From Cyanophora paradoxa CCMP329 (lineage: Eukaryota; Plantae; Glaucophyta), in NCBI GenBank assembly GCA_004431415.1, contig QPMI01000273.1, forward strand, positions 1 through 64,000: DNA of 64,000 bases, written 5' to 3'. Position numbers and translations under genes: made by a program. Shown here piece by piece: positions 55,801-64,000 of the stretch; the stretch's first letter is position 1, and the number at the start of each line of letters is the position of its first letter. The notes below the pieces were generated by a model that saw only the letters and a list, made by a program, of their open reading frames with translations, made no database searches and had not been told where the DNA came from.

Positions 55801-58800
55801 CATGTACAGCTAGCTTGCTTCATGATCACATTAGCTATAGGTTGACAATTGCAATCTGCGCAGCCAGAGGACTCCTTGGAAAGGCGCCCTCGCCGGAACG
55901 GCTGGCGACCTCAATCGACTCCCGAAGCCGCGCGACCCTCACGCTGCGCATGTTTCCACCGAGCCCGTCTGGCGGCGGCTCTTTCAGCTGCGAGCTCATT
56001 GGTGGGCTGCCCCCTCCTGCGCACGGATTTCTGCAACACGCGCTTATTTTTCATTTAGAGCTGAATTCGGGAGCGACCGCATTACAAGTAGATTCCAGCA
56101 GATTCTCGGCCGGATACTTTGATACATCCTTCATGCTTCTTGGATTGAGACCCATGCTGATTGGGTGAGCGCGAAGATAGTGTAGTATATATTCTTAATT
56201 GTCGGCACTCAAAGAACATGTACACTCACTGCTCTCCATTCCAGAAACACATACCGCTTCCGGATGGATTGCTCGAACGACTTCGGTAGCGCTTCTGGCA
56301 ACGAGTTGACCGCTGCAGTCACAAGTCTGTTCTTCGATCGCGATGTCTCGAGTTTCGAAGCACTCACCTCGAGCTCTGCCCGCACCGTCGCCCTCGACCT
56401 CAGACCAGCCGTCTCCGCGCGAAGCTCCGGAGACTGTGACGGCCTATGCCTACGCCTCCACGGCGACACTGGCCTTCTACCCAAAGGGGCTGAGGCTGAC
56501 CTCCTGTCGGCTTATTGTCACCGACGTCGATGCAAGCAGTTCACAGGAGCTGAGATACCCTTCTTGTTTTGTCAACGTACAGTGCGTCCCTCCCCCTAGG
56601 CCTCACGGCGCTGATTTTAATTAAGTTTACTATATGCATATGCATATATATGCCCTCTCGTGTCGACGTCTGCGATTCTATCTTTAAGATTCGGAGCAAC
56701 GCAGAAAGAACCAGGCCTGTTTTAGGTCATCCGATCAGGCCGGCACAACCTGGACTATGCTACAATGGGATGTCAAAGGGCTGAAGATGGCTACGAAATA
56801 TTCTTTTGCGTGCGTGGGCTTATCATAGTATTTGAACTCGTTTCACTTGATCTTACCCGCGCCGTCCTATATGTGCGCATTCAGAATTTCGTGTGCGGTG
56901 CGCGGCGCACCTGTAAATTTAAAGGCTCATTCGTCAATGTTTCCGCTTATTGCGATGCGCATGCCTGCTGACGGGGGCTTTAATAGAATGAAGTCGGCTT
57001 CTCTCCCGGTAGCTAAGCTGTTTTATTGCCGAATAAATAGAGACCCGGTCGCTGTCATAATCAGTGACTGTCTTCGTGCTCTGCTCGGATCCGGACAGTT
57101 GAGAACAAATGGATGACTTGCACGGATCAGCGATTTGTTCCGATGTCGAAGCGCTCTCCGCCGTTTTACTATGGCAACTGGGTCGGAGTCAATCCCGACA
57201 CACTCCCCCCCTCAAAGTGCGGGCGGCAGCAGTTGTTCACGACGTACGGTGCGCGAGAATCTGCGGCCGCACGCGCCTTCCGGATCCGTCATGTTCTAAT
57301 GCGTTATTCGTAATTTGGCAGGCCCCGAATACTTCAAACCGCCCTACGAGCTCAAGCTTCTGCAAGCGGAGGCACAGTTTGTGCAAATCGGATTCAAAAT
57401 GGGGGTCCGTATACATTAATAATCACCTGCATTGCTTAGTATGTACGACTTCGATTGCAGTACCCTGGATGGTTCGAGGTGAACGAGAAATGTGAGATCA
57501 CGATTTGTATACTTGAATACTTGATAGCGTTGAATGCGAGCCTTAAGATTTTATTGAATGGCCATAGAGACGCCTCGCCATTGCGTCCTGATCGAGGGAT
57601 TGATTTTTCTCGCAGACGGCTGGTGCAGGATTGAAGCAAACGGCAACTATGCAGGTGCGTATACGTCCCTATCTCCAACCTTTCCGATAGAAAAAGTGAG
57701 GCACGTGATAGGCATTCTTCGGATCAACAACGATGTGGGAGACTTTTCGAACGAATACTTCAACAGTAAGCAGAGTTTCTTGCTGCTACATATAAAATGG
57801 CGGTTTTTCACCCTTGCATGTGCACAGAACCCGTCACTGGGTCGAGCTGGAAGGTTAACATCCCTCCTCCTTGGTGCATTGCCGTCGAACGCTAAATCAT
57901 GTACAATCGTCCCGAGTGTAGATTTCTACTATCCCAATTATCTTTGAGCTCCAACAAAACTCGGACTACGGTGCGGGAATTCTTGTGTTTTGTCCAAAAA
58001 TGATTTCATTGGGTCTCGATCGTCCAAACAGTGATCTCGATCTGGTGCGGACATGCACAAGGCGAGAGCCCGAAGGTCAACATCTCTGTTCGGACGAAGG
58101 CCTCTCGTAAGTTTCCTCCAGCCTTTTGCCAGCCCTCTCGATTTCAGCTTTTAATCATCCACCTACATGCACTTTCGGCATGCGCGCACAGCTGTCCTTT
58201 TGTGCGTAATCTGTTTCCTCATGTTGGGCCTGCAGTATGACATGTGTACATGCCGCTCTGACCTCCGATCATCCTGCAGAGACACTTCGAACCCTCTGCT
58301 TGCCGGCATGTCTCAAGACTCCACAGGTGAACTTCTCAATTTAATGCAAAAGTCTGCCTTCGACCCAATCTTCTCGTCTCGCAGGAGCCTTCAAAGCTGC
58401 TGAGCCTGCGTTGGCGCCTGCGGTAAGTTAAGTGGTGCCCCCGATGCATCAACCGCGATCTGCATTGCTCAAAGTTCGACAACTCACTCAAAATGCAAAC
58501 GTGAAACACAACGACATGCAGCCATGCAACATTACACTGTGCGCATGCGTGCAAATGAGCATGAATGACTTTAAATTTATAAATACATGTACGAGAAATT
58601 TGACTGGAGTCTTTCAGCGAGGCGTTGCGAGAGAACAACTGCGTGTGTAAGCACTCTCCAGTATTCTACGGAGTATTTATATGGCTCTCTGATTTATAAT
58701 CATGCTCCATTCTAATTGTTTGCGCTTTAAAAGGTGACATCTGCTTGACGGTCGAGCAAGCAGTGCAAATCTTCGCTTACAAAAGTGCGTGTTATCCTTG

Positions 58801-61800
58801 CATTTGGGTTTGATTGTATGATCTATAGATGTTTCAAGATCTAACACTTCCGTGCTGCATCGTTGCACGCGTACGGCAGTGCCGTTCAAGCAAGTCCTCG
58901 GGCTGGCGAGGCGCGAGCTGCTGCAGTCCACCCCCGGATCCACCGCGAGCGTCAGCACGACGAACTCCATCCGCCCCGCAACGGAAGGCTACGCACAGGA
59001 CAGCACGTGCGAAACAATGGACGATAAACGGTACGCGCGAAGGGCTCCGAGCACGATTGTATTTAGTACCATCTATATATACACACGTGTTTATTCACCT
59101 GCTCGCAATCGTTTACCCGCGGTCGTTCGAGCAGGAAAGGAATGGATGGGAATCAAATTCGTGTCTGCGTTGTTCGGTACATTATATATTTCATCGATAT
59201 CCGAACTATAGCTACGAATTTGAAGCTCGGGCTCGTCACAAGATATTAAACGTTGCTGCTGATGCATGCTCGTGTGCGCAGGGAAGCCCCTTCCCGCAGG
59301 GCGCTGCTTGCGACCGGGGGGACAATCGTGTCGGTGGACAGCACTTACATCTTCGCCGACAAGAACAAGCAGGTGGACTCGACGGGCGCCGTCACAGTTA
59401 GCATGCCGGTCAGCTGTGTTTAATTTGTTCGTGCGATCGCGACCGTGCCCGCAAGAGCTGCTGTTCGTGACGTTGCCTCCGTACGCGCGCGCCAGGCCTC
59501 GATGCCGGACGTCAACTACGGGGCGGCCGCTGCCGGCGGGTCGAGCACGCGGCGCGGGCGCCTGCTCCTGCAGCTGGCCGCCCAGGGCGTGCCCCTGTTC
59601 CCCATGAACGCCGGCCTCGGCGTGGCGCTGCAGGTGCGCACGCGCACGCCGTTCAACCGCGCACGCCCGCCGCGTCCCGCGGCCGCCGCGTACCGCCCGC
59701 GCGGGAGATCGTTTCTTGACTATACGCGGTGCGATTCCGCATGTACAACCATGCCAGGACACGAAGACAGGCGCGACGATGGTTCTTAACAATGTGCGTT
59801 TGTTTTCAATTTTGCATCGGAATTCGAAGCTTATATTAATAATTTATATAAGCACTATCTAGTACAAATAGTAGCATATATTTATAATACGCATGTTCTG
59901 ATTCGAATGTACGTGCTTACCGGAATCGGCAGGCGGTGTCCTTCCCCGCGCCCGACCCCGCGATGAGCACACCCGGATCGCCGCAAGTGCAGTCTGTGAC
60001 CTTCAGATCCGTGCTGGTTCGAATTCGTGTTTTTATTTCCGCAAGCGCTCTCAAGGCGACCTTATCTGAAGATTTGAGTGCCTTGCAGCTTCGTTTCACG
60101 AGCTCCGATAGTCAAGCGGTTGATCTAAAAACTCTGAAGGTGCATCCTGGCTCGCTGGAATTTTGACTGAAGCGCTCGTGTTAATCTATCCTGCTGACAC
60201 TCTCGCTCGCTCAAAGGCACTACCGGTTCAAAAGGCACGCGTAATTATGTTGCTCAAAATCAAAACCTTGAATTCAATGACGGCGATTAATTATAAATTT
60301 AAAATGCTTAAGCCTTAGAGATAGTTTGTCACAACGCGATTCATGCTCATCGTCTCCGCGCACAGTGTGGCGTGTACTCGACGTCAAACGACAAGGAAGG
60401 TGGGCTGTTGATCATGATGTTGCATGCAGCCAGCTGCAGCTGCGGCTGCGGCCGCGGGGCCATTTGTGAACGGCACTTTGCGCGCGCGCGCAGTCGCTGC
60501 GGTCCTCAACCCGCAGCCCCTCACGCAGCTCGAAGTGTTACTCGACAAGCTCGCTTCAAGCACGTTCTTCGAATACTACACAAAGGTCTCTCCTGTGTTT
60601 CGACCGCTAGCGCTGATAATCAGCGCGCAAGTGATCGCAATGTTCGTGCATGATCATCGATGCAGTGCGAGAACAAGTACGGCTCCTCGTCCACGTCTGC
60701 CCCAACAGGCGTCACCACGCGAGGTTCTTCGCTTGCGTCGGCACGGGCGCTCACTTGGAGTTTATTTATATGCGTGCTGCAGCGTTGACAGCGGCGCCTG
60801 CACTGGACAAAATCGCAAACTTCACTGCCGACGGAACTTTCCGCATGGTGGCTCCATGGCGTATCCGCTCTGCCGATCGCCAAGTCAACGTGCGCCAATA
60901 ACGACATTGACACGATTATATCATAATCGGGAATTACAATTGGCCGCGTTGCCGGCGTTAATATTGTCCAGAAATCTTATGATACTTCTTTTCTCAGGCT
61001 ACGATTCGGATCAACGGAACGTATGCGGAAGTCCCGCAGGTCAGTCTAGATCTACAGTTGCAACGCTCAGTCGCTGAGTATACGTGCAAGGACCGGCTGT
61101 AGTCAAATGCTGAATGCAATCGTGGTCGTGGTCGCCGGCCTTTGAACCGCGCGCGCAGGTGGATCTCGGGTTCTTCAACGGGGACGGCACCCCGAAAGCC
61201 GGCTCGTTCGCGTACCCCCTCGCGGTCGTCGTGGACCCCGCCCCCTCCGTGAACGAGACGGAAGGCACTTCGGTTGTCGGCTCTGAAATCATCATATGTG
61301 CGAACAGTTTCTTGCTTGGAGTTTCTTGCACATCGATTAGTATTCTGGGATCGCACCTCATGATCGCGCGATGGCGCAGACGTCCCTCTGGACCCGCCGG
61401 CGTCCCCCTCCCAGCGTCGCAACCGTCAGATTCTCTCCCCGAGCTCCACTTTCGACCTCCGGTTCCGGACGTCGGACGGCGGATACGTGCTTAGCAACGT
61501 GCGCCACCGACGCCCCCAATCCCTCCCCTCTTTGCACCGTGACTAGAAATCGACACTGTCGGTTTGAACCCGGCAGGCCGTGTCGTACAGTCAAGACCTG
61601 CGGGGAGTTGTCGTGCCGAGCCTCACGTCCGCCGCCTCCCCGGCAGTGGCGCGCGCTCCAAGCTGGGCCTCCTGCCTGGCCTCCAGCTGCTCAATGCTGC
61701 TGGCGCTGGCTGCATCTGTACTGCTGGCCTATTAGTGCAAGTACACGTAGCGGCATGATCTCGATCTTGTGATCGTGCATTCTGTGATTTCGTGTTTCGG

Positions 61801-64000
61801 ATTAATAAACTTAATAAACTCGAACAGCATGCTTTGCTCCAAATTAAACACCATGCATATGGCACCCAGTCGTCATGCATACAGCCGCGTGCCTTACAGG
61901 CCTAGGCCTATATATATAGCTAGAACATGCACTGAAGCAGCAGCCAGGTCCGCCGGGGGCGCCGACTTCGAATTCTTCGGCCTCGTCGCCAATCACTCTG
62001 AATTGCAAGTGCGCCGCCGATGCATATGGCGCGCCGGCCTCCGCCGCCCCCGCAGGCGCGGCGGCTGCGAATGCCGGCATCGGGTTTAAATTTTGTGAAA
62101 TCGTTACATCCGCGAGTTCGAGGAATTCGAAGGTGCTCGCCGCACCGCCCGTACGCGTCGGCCCTCGCGATCGATGTACGCGTTGCAGAAAATTACAACT
62201 TTCATGATCAGAAATTCACGAAATTGATTTCCGCCTGCGCAGGTCATGCCCCCGGCCCGCTGCCACCCGCGCCGCGGGCGTAGGCGTCAGCTTCTGGTGG
62301 CCGCGGGCGCGCGCGCGCGCCGCCCGCGTCAGCGCCCGCTCCTCCATCGTCGAAGACCAACCGTGCACCAACGATGGCTGCGAGTGCGCCGTGCAGAGCG
62401 CGCGCCAGCTGCAGCAGGAGCAAGCTGGCTCCCAGCAGTGTGTGCCCGGCCGCTTTCAATGGAAGATGCACTTGGTGTCCGGCCAACGCACCGAGGAACG
62501 CGAGCGGCTACTGCGTGCCGATCCTCTACATGTACAACCACAACAAGGCGATCGGTGTCGGCAGAACACAGCAGAGCTTCTGCGAGCCCCCGCCGCCAAC
62601 GCCTCGGGCATCTGCGTGTACCCCGCAAGCGCCGACGGGCGGCGGCGACCGCGCGCTGCGCCTGAGACGTCGACGCGTACGCCCCTGCCTCCAACGTCTC
62701 CGACGTCTGCGTGTACCCCACCCCGAGCCCGCCCCCGGCCCTCGCCTTTGCCGAGCGCCAGCCCCTCGCCCTCGGCCACGTGCACCCCCTCCGGATCCCT
62801 CCCCCCCACTCCCTCCCTCCCCTCCCCCGTGGCCCCTCCCCCGTCCCCACCCCTCCCCCCCACCCATGGCCACCTCCGCGATATCGATCCCCCTGCTCCT
62901 CCGATCCCCCGCGGTCAAGGCCCCGTCGTTCGTGCGCCCGCCCCTCCGACCCCCGCGCCCCTCCCGAACGCGCCGACCGCGAGCTGCGCCGACCGCGCGG
63001 GCGACGGCAGAGCATCACGCGGGTCGCCGTGGCGGGGGCGGGGGCGTCGACGCCAGGGTCGCCTTCGACGCGAGCAACCGCGCCGTCTTCACCGCCCCGT
63101 CCTCCAGACGCCCCAGGCCCGCCCCGCCCCGCCCCCGCCCCCGCCTCCCCCCGCGGCCCGGACGCCCCCGTTCCCCCGGCCGACGGGGCGGGGCGCGCCG
63201 GCGCAGGGGGCGGCGTACGCGGCGGGGTGGGGTACGACCTCGAGCTCGAGGTCCGCAGCGCGGGCGGCGCCTTCGACGCCTTCACACTCGTCGGCGCCTT
63301 CGCCTGGCGCCCCGCCGCCGCCCCGCCGCCGGTTCCGTCCCCGCCGTGTCCGCCCGCCTTCTCTGCCGCCATATATACTGACGCGCGGCGCAGGCCGTAC
63401 GTGAGCGGGGCGCCGGCGCCGGCGGCGTCACGGCGTGCCCGGCGCCGCCCTTCGCCGGCCCCCTCGCCGCCGCCCTCGCGATCGCGACTCGGCGATCGCC
63501 GCTGCCCTCGGGGCCCGCGGCCGCCTCGAGTTTCGATGCGAGGCAACGGCATTTTGTTTTTGAAGTCGACTTTATATCTAGTTGTTTGGTAGGAAGGCGA
63601 CGTTCAATTTGGCAGAAAAAGGCATTTTGTTTTTGCAGAAGTGGACGTCGACGCTACTTTAATTCCCTGCCAGCCGTAGCCAGCCCCTCAAGCCCAGCCC
63701 GTGATAAACTCCGGATCCGGTCCTCGCATCGATATCGATATCCCTCACGAGCCCCCCGTTTCCGGCGTGCCTTACAGGCCTAGGCCTATATATATAGCTA
63801 GAACATGCACTGAAGCAGCAGCCAGGTCCGCCGGGGGCGCCGACTTCGAATTCTTCGGCCTCGTCGCCAATCACTCTGAATTGCAAGTGCGCCGCCGATG
63901 CATATGGCGCGCCGGCCTCCGCCGCCCCCGCAGGCGCGGCGGCTGCGAATGCCGGCATCGGGTTTAAATTTTGTGAAATCGTTACATCCGCGAGTTCGAG
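52892..64000 (+). CDS. Large multi-exon secreted/surface protein with FN3-like, Cys-rich and Ser/Thr/Pro-linker segments (3' partial; may be more than one gene or partly decayed)
   Basis: Signal peptide MLFRGAILQRLATALVVAVCVVAAVDA; GLAAYTDYSFYAVCSNAYGMG and YRFRMDCSNDFG (FN3-like); SATPSPSATPS linker (55160-55260); GRCTWCPAN...GYCVP. Confidence 0.55.
61887..64000 (+). repeat. Exact direct repeat 61887-62122 = 63765-64000 (period 1878 bp; runs off the window)
   Basis: Base-for-base identity over the 236 bp visible. Confidence 0.95.

Noticed and set aside
19000-64000. Hundreds of Arg/Pro/Gly/Ala-rich ORFs in the six-frame track (e.g. 20483-22210, 33302-34828, 45371-47140, 62329-63552)
   Set aside because: Expected by chance in very GC-rich DNA; they are shadows of intron-containing genes and carry no motifs of their own.

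Overview
Eukaryotic genomic window with four layers. The host is probably a GC-rich, intron-dense alga or protist (inference). (1) 1-10975: the right end of an AT-rich, intronless endogenous DNA virus (Polinton-like virus or small NCLDV-type). It carries a penton C-terminus, a patatin-discoidin fusion, a ~1090-aa phage-like fibre, four tandem fibre paralogues with a shared N-terminus and different heads, a zinc-ribbon ORF and an AdoMetDC. Its repeat-rich terminal region ends in a perfect 28-bp hairpin exactly at the junction. (2) 10976-~18970: a 5'-truncated non-LTR-retrotransposon-like element with two Ulp1/C48-like domains and an unexplained downstream ORF. (3) 22139-28006: an apparently intact tyrosine-recombinase retrotransposon (gag; RT-RNaseH-MTase; YR) with split direct repeats A..BA..B, the internal BA junction lying between gag and pol. 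(4) Host genes: PLAC8 family, a large secreted subtilase, a probably inactive RNase H1 with a CCCH finger, TPR-DUF4470-MYND, and a large secreted FN3/Cys-rich protein, plus a mosaic pseudogene and a MITE nest. The most unusual signal is a pervasive mutational signature in host DNA. Wherever two copies of a sequence can be compared, they repeatedly differ by 6-bp insertions of the form W -> W-revcomp(W)-W (W = 3 nt). This is the footprint expected from hairpin-mediated excision of a 3-bp-TSD transposon. All protein family calls come from motif recognition by eye; no database search was run. Exon boundaries and outer coordinates of host genes are approximate.
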